64,000 bases of DNA from positions 616 through 64,615 of the forward strand of contig JAGLZA010000102.1 of NCBI GenBank assembly GCA_023131835.1, given 5' to 3'. Below are positions 47,310 through 56,841 of this stretch, in pieces. The first letter of the stretch is position 1, and every line of letters starts with the position of its first letter. The DNA is from a candidate division WOR-3 bacterium (lineage in GTDB: Bacteria > Hydrothermota > UBA3072). Position numbers and translations under genes: made by a program. The notes under the pieces were generated by a model, which saw only the letters and a program-made list of their open reading frames with translations, did not search any database and was not told the origin of the DNA.

Positions 47310-49719
47310 ACTCTTCTCCGAATAATCTTTTATTTACATTTTCAACCAATTTCTCTCGCTTTTCCGGGGATATAGCCCCTGCTTCCCTTGCGTAATTCAC
47401 CAATCCGTTCACATTATCAACGAAGCCCTTCAACATTATAGTAACAAATTGTACAAATCGTAACCTTTCCGGCTTTATGCCTTCTTCCTTCAAAATTTCC
47501 CGTACTTTTGTTATATTCTCTCTGATAACCTGACCACTATGAGGAAAAGGAGAAGTCCTATCTTCACATTCACCAATGAATATTCCATCGGCACCCAATT
47601 TGAAAGCAGCTAACATGAGTTTAGGTGTAATCCGGCTTCCACTGGGAACTCTTATAATAATGGAATCCGTGGTGTATGAAAGTTTTGCAGTTCCTACTGA
47701 ATCCGCAAGTCGGTAGGTGCAGGTATCATCAGCAACTACAAGTATTCTTGTTTCTCCTTCTTCTTTTCCCTCCAGGGCATTTTTAATCTCTTCCAGTAAT
47801 TGCTTATTCGTATACATATGCAAATCCAGAGCATCCCGTGGACAGGAAGCAACACAACTCCCACATCCTCTACATAATGCTTCGTTTACTTCGGCTACCT
47901 CTGCGGAAATTGAGATTGCATTTAGGGGACAGCTATCAATACAAAGTTCACATCCATCGCACTGTTCTTCATGGACAAACGCTACTATGGGCTCTATTGG
48001 GTACTCTCTCTGGTTCATCAATCTTACGGCTCTGGATGCAGCTGCAGATGCCTGGGCTACCGTATCAGGTATATCTTTAGGACCCTGGACGGTTCCAGCC
48101 AGAAATATACCCTCTCTATTAGTGTCAACAGGTTTGAACTTTGGATGAGCCTCTTTAAGAAATCCGTCTTCACTCTTTGCAAGCCTTAACATTTCTGCAA
48201 TTTTATCGGTACTCTTTGACAGACCCATACCCACTGACAATACAACGGTATCGAATTCAGCTTCTATTATCTGACGGGTAAGTGTATCTTCTGCTTTTAG
48301 TATTACCTTATTTGAACCTGAATCCTCCATTACCTCCGCAACTCTACCTCTTATGAATTTGACACCCATATTCTGAGCCCTCTTATAATACTCTTCAAAT
48401 CCTTTGCCAAAAGCGCGGAGGTCCGTATAGAAAACATAAATATCCCTTTCTGGCTTGGAATGTTTCAGCAGACTCGCAAGTTTTGTTGCATACATGCAGC
48501 ACACTCTTGAGCAGTACTCTCTTCCCACCTGCTCATCTCTTGAACCAACACATTGAATAAATCCAATTCTCTTTCCCGGATCTCTTATTGGATTCCCTTC
48601 TGCAGCTTTAACTATCATTCGTTCCATCTCCAGAGCAGTTATTACATTCTTAAACTTATCATATCCGTAGACCTTCTTTTCTGAAGGGTTGAAAATATCA
48701 TAGCCGGTTGCTACTATTATTGTATCAACCGTAAATTCTATTTCTTCAGGCTTGTCATTAAAATTTATTGCATCTTCTTTACATACTTCTATACAATTAC
48801 CACAAGAATTTATATCCCTCTGGAGATTGATACAGGCTTCCGGATCGATCAAATTCCTGTGTGGTACAGCAAAGCCAAACGGAGTATAAATTGCAGTGTG
48901 AGTTGTCAGTCCTTCCTCAAATTCATCAGGAATATCCACAGGACATACCTCTTCACAATCACCGCAAGCAACGCACTTATCCATATCTACATATCTTGGT
49001 TTTTTAGTAACTTTCACCTTAAAATTGCCAAGATAACCTTCAACATTCTCCACCTCAGAGTAGGTAAGTAAATTTATATTAGGGTTGGACTGGACATCAG
49101 CCATCTTCGGGCTAAGGATACAGGCAGAACAGTCTTCAGTTGGAAAGGTTCTTGAAAGTTGTGCCATGTGTCCTCCGATACTTGGCTCTTTTTCGACCAG
49201 GTAAATCTCAAAACCCGCATCTCCCAGATCAAGTGAAGCCTGAATCCCTGCAATACCACCCCCTATCACCAGAACTCTTTTCCCTATGGGCATGGTCTTT
49301 TTCTCCAGGGGCTCGGAGAATCTCACTTTTGCTATTGCTGCGTTAACCAGTTCTTTTGCTTTTTTGGTAGCAAGTTCCGGAGTATCAAAGTGAGGCCAGG
49401 CACATTGCTCGCGAATATTTGCCATCTGAACCACATAGGGTGACAAGCCTGCTGTCTCGAGTACCCTCATGAATGTTTCACCCTGGAATTGAGGGGAACA
49501 GGCTGCAACAACAACTTTGTCCAAATCGTGTTCCTCAATATCATCTATGATAAGTTGTTGACCAATATCTGAACACATATGAGTATGGTTTTTCGACAGT
49601 ATAACACCCGGCTGTTTCCCCGCAAATCCAACTACCTCTTCAACATCCACAACCTCGGATATATTCCCACCACAATGACAAACATATACCCCTATTCTTG
49701 CTCTACTATCTTTTTTCAT
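47302..49719 (-). CDS. hdrA: Heterodisulfide reductase subunit A-like FAD/FeS flavoprotein with C-terminal MvhD-like domain
   Basis: N-terminal IGVYVCHCGGNI, FAD site VLVIGGGIAGIQASLDL and multiple ferredoxin CxxCxxCxxxCP motifs. The C-terminal 150 aa resemble MvhD (...IRVPSGSRI...GADGIFIGEC...) with most Cys ligands replaced. Confidence 0.75.
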   Translation of the reverse strand: MKKDSRARIGVYVCHCGGNISEVVDVEEVVGFAGKQPGVILSKNHTHMCSDIGQQLIIDDIEEHDLDKVVVAACSPQFQGETFMRVLETAGLSPYVVQMANIREQCAWPHFDTPELATKKAKELVNAAIAKVRFSEPLEKKTMPIGKRVLVIGGGIAGIQASLDLGDAGFEIYLVEKEPSIGGHMAQLSRTFPTEDCSACILSPKMADVQSNPNINLLTYSEVENVEGYLGNFKVKVTKKPRYVDMDKCVACGDCEEVCPVDIPDEFEEGLTTHTAIYTPFGFAVPHRNLIDPEACINLQRDINSCGNCIEVCKEDAINFNDKPEEIEFTVDTIIVATGYDIFNPSEKKVYGYDKFKNVITALEMERMIVKAAEGNPIRDPGKRIGFIQCVGSRDEQVGREYCSRVCCMYATKLASLLKHSKPERDIYVFYTDLRAFGKGFEEYYKRAQNMGVKFIRGRVAEVMEDSGSNKVILKAEDTLTRQIIEAEFDTVVLSVGMGLSKSTDKIAEMLRLAKSEDGFLKEAHPKFKPVDTNREGIFLAGTVQGPKDIPDTVAQASAAASRAVRLMNQREYPIEPIVAFVHEEQCDGCELCIDSCPLNAISISAEVAEVNEALCRGCGSCVASCPRDALDLHMYTNKQLLEEIKNALEGKEEGETRILVVADDTCTYRLADSVGTAKLSYTTDSIIIRVPSGSRITPKLMLAAFKLGADGIFIGECEDRTSPFPHSGQVIRENITKVREILKEEGIKPERLRFVQFVTIMLKGFVDNVNGLVNYAREAGAISPEKREKLVENVNKRLFGEEYD

Positions 49720-50005
49720 TAATTTAATAACCTTAAGTTAATAAAAAAATATCCCCTTTATTATTCAATTTAAAAACCCCTATCCTAAATTGGGCAATTC
49801 TTTGTTCACAAAAAAACTAATAGGATATTCCAATTTGTCAACCCCTCACAGACTTGAAATCTGTTTTCCTCCTTCTGGAGAATGGAATATAGAAGATTTT
49901 AGTCCAATTTAACCATGTTCCAGCTATTCTATGCCTTTCTCAGATTTTTAAGACAGACCTCTCCCGTGAATCAAGAAAATTATATTTTCTGGGGAAAGGA
50001 ATTAT

Positions 50006-50368
50006 CTATGCTGTAGATATTGCAGATGGACTGTTTGCCTTCTCCCAGAGTTTCTGGATCTTTATCCTCTCCCAAACTGCTCCTGTTGCTTTCAGAATAA
50101 TTTCTCTACCAGTTCGGACTATCTTTGCTGCAAAATCTATTATACGCCTTCTGAAAGTAGTTGCATAACCCTTTTCTTCTATAATAGTGACAACTCTTTC
50201 TACAACATCTTTCTTAAATACCTCATAAAGAAAAGATGCTATAAGCATTGTATAATAAAAACCAGCATTACACTCAAATCGGGAGTTTGTCAAAAATTGT
50301 GTCTGAGTGAAAGGAAACTTGTATAAAAGGTAACGGTTATTATCCCAGAAGAGTGCAAGCTGGATCAA
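50006..50368 (-). pseudogene. C-terminal fragment of an IS4/IS1380-family transposase (remnant)
   Basis: ...RRRIIDFAAKIVRTGREIILKATGAVWERI... resembles the conserved C-terminal tail of IS1380/IS4 transposases. No DDE core is present, and it sits in an 1.1-kb non-coding gap between the two Hdr clusters. Confidence 0.4.
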
Positions 50369-50619
50369 TGGGATTGGATGTGGAAATTCCTCGGGATAGA
50401 AAAGACGAATTTCGCTCTCTTCTTTTACACGGAAGAAAATGGGAAAGGAGTGATGAAGGATACAAGAGACTACTTTTATCTCTTGTGGAAAGCGGATATT
50501 CTAAAAAAAGAGTAAGGGAGGTTCTAAGAAAATTAGGTCTTTCCTACAACAAGGAGAAGATGGAGAGGATAAAAGAGGAATTTCTCCGTGAAGTAAAGGA
50601 ATCAAACAAAGAGAGATAG
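50353..50619 (+). other. Small ORF (88 aa) of unknown function, possibly another IS-related fragment
   Basis: Basic, Lys/Arg/Glu-rich; overlaps the transposase remnant on the opposite strand. Confidence 0.2.
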
Positions 50620-50819
50620 AGAGTGAGTAGTTCGCCATCTTCATAGACGCAGAGGAATCAGTCTGCGTGCAACGCACTCCCAGGCGCAGAGAAGATGTAG
50701 GGAACGCATATATGTGTTCCTTTAATCCTTTGGATCCTTTAGAAAGCAAGAAAACGGAGGGGTGCAAACGCTATACGCCCCTACAATTATTTATCGCGGA
50801 CGCAAGGTCCTGAGTGACT

Positions 50820-52481
50820 TCAGCGCAGGGTTCCCAAATATTGCGTGGTGAGTTGTTTCTCCTTTGTCTCCTTCCTCGTATAATCCGGCAGGACCATAGG
50901 AGCTACTTTATCCTCCGCAATATCTATCTCCCTTAGTTCTTTTACATATTTTTTAACATGCTTAAGGGAGAGTTTACCAGGAGTTACTCCCTTAATATAC
51001 TCAGTCGCTGCCCTTCCGGCTCTCTGTCCGAAGACTAAAACACCAAGTAATGAATTACCCATAAGACGGTTTCTACCGTGAACTCCCCCGCTAACTTCTC
51101 CTGCTACATAGAGACCAGGAACCGTTGTAGAACAATCATCGGATATCTCCAAACCACCGTTCTGATAATGCAGAGTAGGATAAACAAGAATAGGAGTCTC
51201 TGTTATATTGATGCCGAATCGCATATTCTGTCTGAACATTGCAGGGAAACCCTTCTCTATTGCTCCCTTTCCCGCTTTCATCTCTATAAGAGGAGTATCC
51301 AGCCAGACCCCTTTCATTCCGGTGGGAGTCTCTACACCCTTCCCGGTTGCACATTCCCGTATCAATGATGCAGCTTCTATATCCCTTGGTTCCAATGGAT
51401 AGACGAATTGTTCACCAATGACATTTACCGGCTCTGCGCCTGCTCCCCTTATCTTCTCTGTTACCAACTGCCCTACTATCTGCTCCGGATAGGCAGCACC
51501 CGTGGGATGATACTGGACGGTATCCATAAACACCAACTTAACCCCAGCCCTGTACCCCATTATTAACCCATCAGCCGTAGCTCCGTAATGATTCGTCGTT
51601 GGGAATCCCTGGATATGTAATCTTCCAAAACCACCAGTAGAAAATATTACTGAGGTTGCTCTTGCAACAAGATATTCCTCTGTCTCAAGGTTGAAAAGGA
51701 TTGCACCTGATACTTTGCCATCTTCATCAAGAAGCAACTCCACTGCAGGAGAAAACTCTAATATATTTATTGAATCCGGATGATTTTGCACCTCATCGCG
51801 GAGGCATTTCATTATCTCTCCACCGGTGTAATCCCTTGCTGAATGCATCCTCTTTCTCGATGTCCCCCCACCGTGGAGGGTAATCATCGTGCCATCTTTT
51901 TCCTTATCGAACATTACACCGAGATCTTCAAGCCATCCGATAACCCCTGGCGCATCCATTACCAGTGCTTTCACCAATTCAGGAATATTGCGAAAATGCC
52001 CCCCACCAATAACATCAAGGTAGTGAATGGCAGGCGAATCATTTTCCTTATCCGCTGCCTGAATACCACCCTGAGCCATCATTGTATTAGCATCTCCCAA
52101 TCTCAATTTTGTGACAATGGTAACACTGGCACCACTCTCTGCGGCAATGATTGCTGCAGACGCTCCTGCACCTCCACCTCCAATCACAAGAATATCTGTT
52201 TCCAGATCCGTTTTCGTAAGGTCAATCTTATCCGGATCGATTCTCGGATATGCCTCAAGGAGGTCAACAACCTCCTGGACCACGGATGTTCCTTTAGATG
52301 AACCAACCCTCAATTCTCTTGTATTACCTTCCTTATAATCGGGATGATATTTCTTTAACAGTGCATCGCCTTCCTCTAAACTCATTGCAGGATGGAGCTT
52401 TTCTACTCTGGACTTACGTGTCGCTTCTACCTTTTCAATAGACTGCCACATCTCATTTGTATACCCGCCCTTCAAATCCAT
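50820..52481 (-). CDS. Sdh/Frd-family FAD flavoprotein (paralog 2) with conserved N-terminal extension
   Basis: GAAGGAGG SD; ILVIGGGGAGASAA; TMMAQGG; VQYHPTGAAYP. The N-terminal region shares HPDY and LLEAYP blocks with paralog 1. Confidence 0.7.
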   Translation of the reverse strand: MDLKGGYTNEMWQSIEKVEATRKSRVEKLHPAMSLEEGDALLKKYHPDYKEGNTRELRVGSSKGTSVVQEVVDLLEAYPRIDPDKIDLTKTDLETDILVIGGGGAGASAAIIAAESGASVTIVTKLRLGDANTMMAQGGIQAADKENDSPAIHYLDVIGGGHFRNIPELVKALVMDAPGVIGWLEDLGVMFDKEKDGTMITLHGGGTSRKRMHSARDYTGGEIMKCLRDEVQNHPDSINILEFSPAVELLLDEDGKVSGAILFNLETEEYLVARATSVIFSTGGFGRLHIQGFPTTNHYGATADGLIMGYRAGVKLVFMDTVQYHPTGAAYPEQIVGQLVTEKIRGAGAEPVNVIGEQFVYPLEPRDIEAASLIRECATGKGVETPTGMKGVWLDTPLIEMKAGKGAIEKGFPAMFRQNMRFGINITETPILVYPTLHYQNGGLEISDDCSTTVPGLYVAGEVSGGVHGRNRLMGNSLLGVLVFGQRAGRAATEYIKGVTPGKLSLKHVKKYVKELREIDIAEDKVAPMVLPDYTRKETKEKQLTTQYLGTLR

Positions 52482-52482
52482 C

Positions 52483-53160
52483 CTAAGCCTCCTTCTCTCT
52501 CTTTTTGTATCTCTTTTTCAACTCTTCTTCAGATAGAGACATCAATTCCTCGACCTCTTTTTTCCACATTCCCTTATTCAGTTCTTCTATTCGTTTTTCT
52601 GTATGCAAAGACCTCGGAGCCAAATATTTACCATACAATCGCCTTACAAGGATTGCAACATTATACTGAACTATCTCTGCAGGACATCTCATAGCACAGA
52701 GTCCACACATTATACAGTCAAATGAGATATCTGCTGCCCTTTCTATATCCTCTCTAATGATCGCCTGAACATAATCCATTACATTTATATCCTGAGGACA
52801 GGCCTTGGTGCAGGTATTACAACTCACGCATTTAAATGTCTCGGGATATAACCGTTGAAATACTCCAACTGTAGGCGAGAGTTGATCGATGTCGTAGCGA
52901 GCCCTCTGAGCAGGTACAAATGGCAGTTGAGCGAGAAACATACCATCTTCCACCTTGGTCTGACAGGCAAGATCTGCTCTGAGTTTATAATCGTCTTCTA
53001 GGCGGTATACGGTAGCACAGGCTCCACAGAATCCTTCCCTGCACCCTGCTCCCCGCTTCACCTGGTAACCTGCATATTCCATCGCTGTCAGGATGGTGAG
53101 ATTGCTGGGAACACGGTATTCCTTCCCCATTATATATATTCTTACCATATTATCATCCAT
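52483..53160 (-). CDS. SdhB/FrdB-like iron-sulfur subunit (paralog 2)
   Basis: CREGFCGACA; CVSCNTCTKACP; CIMCGLCAMRCP. Confidence 0.7.
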   Translation of the reverse strand: MDDNMVRIYIMGKEYRVPSNLTILTAMEYAGYQVKRGAGCREGFCGACATVYRLEDDYKLRADLACQTKVEDGMFLAQLPFVPAQRARYDIDQLSPTVGVFQRLYPETFKCVSCNTCTKACPQDINVMDYVQAIIREDIERAADISFDCIMCGLCAMRCPAEIVQYNVAILVRRLYGKYLAPRSLHTEKRIEELNKGMWKKEVEELMSLSEEELKKRYKKREKEA

Positions 53161-53602
53161 TGTTAAGAACCTCCTTTTGAGTCAAAACCTCCTCCGTTGA
53201 AAAGTTTAGAGGACCTAAAGCCCTTATCTCCTCAATAAATTCATCAACAATAACTGCATAACGTTTCCCCTCACTCGCAGAGATCCACTCCAATCTTAAT
53301 CTTTCAGGTTCAATTCCAAGATCCGCAAGTAAACGTTGCAATATCATAATCCTCTTCCGGGTCTTATAGTTTCCATTTATATAATGACAATCACCTGGAT
53401 GACAACCTCCAACAAAAACACCATCAGCCCCCTCCCTGAAACTCTCCAATATTTGCTCCATATTCAACCGAGAGGAACACATAAGTCGTATATTGGTTGT
53501 ATCGGGTTTATGCTTTATTCTTGAGGTTCCGGCAAGGTCCGCACCTGCATAGGTACACCATTTACACACAAAACTCACTATCTTTGGTTCAAATTCACTC
53601 AT
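53153..53602 (-). CDS. mvhD: Methyl-viologen-reducing hydrogenase delta subunit
   Basis: 149 aa; FVCKWCTYAGADLAG...IRLMCSSRL...GADGVFVGGCHPGDCHY with the Cys ligands retained. Confidence 0.8.
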   Translation of the reverse strand: MSEFEPKIVSFVCKWCTYAGADLAGTSRIKHKPDTTNIRLMCSSRLNMEQILESFREGADGVFVGGCHPGDCHYINGNYKTRKRIMILQRLLADLGIEPERLRLEWISASEGKRYAVIVDEFIEEIRALGPLNFSTEEVLTQKEVLNNG

Positions 53603-55567
53603 TTATACATCCTTTCCTTTTACTAAAACTGCCTTTGCCATAGATGCTATCTGGAGATCGGTCAGATTTCTCTGCTCTGTAGCCCCTGATGGACAGGCAA
53701 CAACACACGAACCGCAGGCTTGACAGAGTGCCTCATTGACCCTGACAATCCCATCTACCTCATCCATCTCTCTTGCCTGGTAGGGACAAACAGAAATACA
53801 TATTCCACAACCACTGCATAGATCTTCATCCACTGTAGCAATAATTGGTTCCAATTGTAGATAATCCCCGGAAAAGATACTGACAACCTTGGATGCTGCA
53901 CCGGATGCCTGACTCACCACATCCGGTATATCCTTAGGAGCCTGAGCACACCCTGCGAGATAGAATCCTGCGGTCGTGCTCTCAAGTGGTCTCAGTTTTG
54001 GATGCGTCTCCTTGAGAAAGCCGTGCTCACCCACCTGAATCTTCAAGGTGTTTGCAAGTTCCTCACTCCCGGGGGTGGGAATTATAGCCATAGAAAGAAC
54101 TACAAGATCCGCTTCTATTTCCACCGGTTTATTCGCGATGGTATCTACTCCTACTATTCTTACCTTCCCATTATCTCTATAAAGTTTGGATACCTTACCG
54201 CGAATATAAATAACACCATCTTCCCTCTGAGCTCTCTCTACGAATTCCTCATAACCCTTACCCCCGGATCTTATATCTATATAGAATATATAAGGCTGTC
54301 CATCATAAATATGATGCTTGTAGAGCATCGCCTGTTTGGTTGTATACATACAACATATTTTTGAACAATATGGCTTATGCTTTTCTGGATCTCGCGAGCC
54401 CGCACACTGGATAAATACTATATCCTTCACAACTTTCCCGTCACTCGGTCTTTTTATCTCGCCCCCTGTTGGTCCGGATGAAGAAAGGAGACGTTCAAAT
54501 GCCAACCCATCTATCACATCCTCAACCTCACCCCCACCATACTCCTTTAGATTAAGTATGGGATAGAGTTCATACCCTGTAGCCACCACAATAGCACCAA
54601 CCTCTTCCTTCCTGTAATTGGGTTCGCTTGAGAAATTGACAGCATCAACATCACACACACTTTCACAGAGTCCGCAAGCCCCTGTCTTGAACTTCAGACA
54701 GTTCTCCATATCTATTACAGGTTTATTGGGAACCGCCTGAGGAAAGGGAGTATAGATTAGAGCTCTCTCCCCCATATTTCGTTCAAACTCTGAGGGAACA
54801 GATATAGGACAAATTTCAGAACACTCTCCACAGCCTGTGCACTTCTCCCAATCTACTCCCTTTGGTTTTTCTTCTATTGTTACAGTGAAATTACCTATAT
54901 AACCCTCTACCTCCTTAACCTCAGCGTATGTACAGAGTTCAATATTTGGATGGGATGCTACTTCAACCATCTTTGGTGTAAGGATACACTGGGAACAATC
55001 CAGTGTAGGGAAGGTCTCAGATAATTGAGCCATATGTCCTCCAATGGAAGACTCTTTTTCCACAAGAAGGACAGGATAACCAGCATCAGCTATATCAAGC
55101 GCTGCCTGGATCCCGGCTATTCCTCCACCTATAACCAGGGCTTTCCTGGTTACCTCTACCTTAATGGGGTCCAGATCTTCGTTCAAACGGACCTTTTCTA
55201 TTATGGATCTGACGATACGGTTTGCTTTTTCGGTTGCTTTTTCCTTATCAGTATGCACCCAGGAACACTGCTCCCTTATATTGGCTATTTCGCATTGATA
55301 GGGATTTAATCCTGCTTTCTTTGTAACTCCCCTGAAGGTTATTTCATGGAGTGTAGGTGAACACGCCGCGATTATCACACCATCAAGTTTATTCTTCTTT
55401 ATTTCATTTATGAGAAGTTCCTGTCCGGGGTGGGAACACATATATTTATAATTCGTGCTGTATACAACTCCAGGATAACCCTCCAAACTCTTTGTCAATT
55501 TTTCAACATCAACAGTCTTTGCTATATTGGTGCCACAATGGCAGATAAACACTCCCATTCGTTTCAT
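53603..55567 (-). CDS. hdrA: Heterodisulfide reductase subunit A-like (paralog 2, no fused MvhD)
   Basis: AAGGAGG SD; MGVFICHCGTNI; ALVIGGGIAGIQAALDI; ferredoxin motifs CTGCGECSEICP and CSGCGICISVCP. Confidence 0.8.
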   Translation of the reverse strand: MKRMGVFICHCGTNIAKTVDVEKLTKSLEGYPGVVYSTNYKYMCSHPGQELLINEIKKNKLDGVIIAACSPTLHEITFRGVTKKAGLNPYQCEIANIREQCSWVHTDKEKATEKANRIVRSIIEKVRLNEDLDPIKVEVTRKALVIGGGIAGIQAALDIADAGYPVLLVEKESSIGGHMAQLSETFPTLDCSQCILTPKMVEVASHPNIELCTYAEVKEVEGYIGNFTVTIEEKPKGVDWEKCTGCGECSEICPISVPSEFERNMGERALIYTPFPQAVPNKPVIDMENCLKFKTGACGLCESVCDVDAVNFSSEPNYRKEEVGAIVVATGYELYPILNLKEYGGGEVEDVIDGLAFERLLSSSGPTGGEIKRPSDGKVVKDIVFIQCAGSRDPEKHKPYCSKICCMYTTKQAMLYKHHIYDGQPYIFYIDIRSGGKGYEEFVERAQREDGVIYIRGKVSKLYRDNGKVRIVGVDTIANKPVEIEADLVVLSMAIIPTPGSEELANTLKIQVGEHGFLKETHPKLRPLESTTAGFYLAGCAQAPKDIPDVVSQASGAASKVVSIFSGDYLQLEPIIATVDEDLCSGCGICISVCPYQAREMDEVDGIVRVNEALCQACGSCVVACPSGATEQRNLTDLQIASMAKAVLVKGKDV

Positions 55568-56439
55568 ACTATCCTCCTTAATAAATCCTCTGGTGAGCGA
55601 TAGTTTAACTCAAAATGACACACTTCGTGGTCAAGGTCAAAACTAACAGCCAAAGCCTGTGTGAAGTAGAGGATAGGAATATTCTCAAAGTCGGGATATT
55701 TTGCCAAAACATCCTCCTGTCTGTTATCAAGATTAAAGGCACAGAGTGGGCAGGAAACAAGAATGGCATCTGCCCCATTCCTTTTCGCATTACCAATGAT
55801 ATTACGGGTTCGTTCTACTACAAGTTCGACCTCTGAGACTGTCTGATATGCACCACAACATTCGTTCTTGAATGGAAAATAGATAGGTTCCGCTCCCATT
55901 GAAGTTATGAGATCCTCAAGGATAGATGGAGAATCGGGATTGTCAATTGCCGCCTCATCCGGCCGCAAGAGAAGACATCCATAATATGGTGCAAGTTTTA
56001 TACCATTAAGTGGTTTTTTTACTGCATTTTTAATCTTATCAAATCCAATTTCATCTCTTAAGATCTGAAGATAGTGAATCATCTCAACCTTGCCATTATA
56101 ATCATTTTCCTCTTTATACATAAAGGAATTGAGCTTTTCTCTTTCTTCCTCATCATTGTTTATGCGGATACTACTCCTCTTTATCGTATTATAACACATA
56201 GAACATAGGGTTGTAAATCTTTCTCCTCCTGCATCCTGAACCTTGAGTAGATTCCTTACAGATGCAATATGATGCATAAGGTCATCACTCGTCAGGGAAT
56301 AGACCGTTCCACAGCAATACCAGTCTACCATCTCTTTCAGTTTATATCCCAATTTTTCTGCACATGCCAGAGCCGAATCTTCAAATCCCTTGGCTGTATT
56401 CTTCAGGGTGCAACCGGGGTAGTAGAGTAATTCCTTCAT
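55564..56439 (-). CDS. hdrB: Heterodisulfide reductase subunit B-like (paralog 2)
   Basis: MKELLYYPGCTLK...WYCCG and a second CCG domain. Confidence 0.75.
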   Translation of the reverse strand: MKELLYYPGCTLKNTAKGFEDSALACAEKLGYKLKEMVDWYCCGTVYSLTSDDLMHHIASVRNLLKVQDAGGERFTTLCSMCYNTIKRSSIRINNDEEEREKLNSFMYKEENDYNGKVEMIHYLQILRDEIGFDKIKNAVKKPLNGIKLAPYYGCLLLRPDEAAIDNPDSPSILEDLITSMGAEPIYFPFKNECCGAYQTVSEVELVVERTRNIIGNAKRNGADAILVSCPLCAFNLDNRQEDVLAKYPDFENIPILYFTQALAVSFDLDHEVCHFELNYRSPEDLLRRIV

Positions 56440-56840
56440 GATGATAGTTTCCTCTGAGCACTGACCACAGCTATTGGCGGTAGGTCGGCCAACCTATCCG
56501 AATATTTCTTTATATCTATATAATCCTCATTCTCTCTCAATATCATCTGCCTGACTCCTTCCATTATGGCGCAGAGGTCTATTCCCCTCGGGCATCGGAT
56601 AAAGCACATATTACAGGAAGCACATATCCATGGGGTATTGGATGTCTTGAGCGTTTCAATATCACCAATCTGAATCGCACGGATGATCTGATTTGGCAAC
56701 CTATCCATTGAGTCGACCGAGGGACAACCCGCAGAACACTTGCCACAATGATAACAGGCATTGATATCTTCACCCGATAACTCCTTAATCTTTTTGATGT
56801 ATTCTGATTCGATACCTTCCTTTGATATTAGAAATGCCAC
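56436..56840 (-). CDS. hdrC: Heterodisulfide reductase subunit C-like (paralog 2)
   Basis: CYHCGKCSAGCP and CASCNMCFIRCP. Confidence 0.75.
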   Translation of the reverse strand: MAFLISKEGIESEYIKKIKELSGEDINACYHCGKCSAGCPSVDSMDRLPNQIIRAIQIGDIETLKTSNTPWICASCNMCFIRCPRGIDLCAIMEGVRQMILRENEDYIDIKKYSDRLADLPPIAVVSAQRKLSS

Positions 56841-56841
56841 A

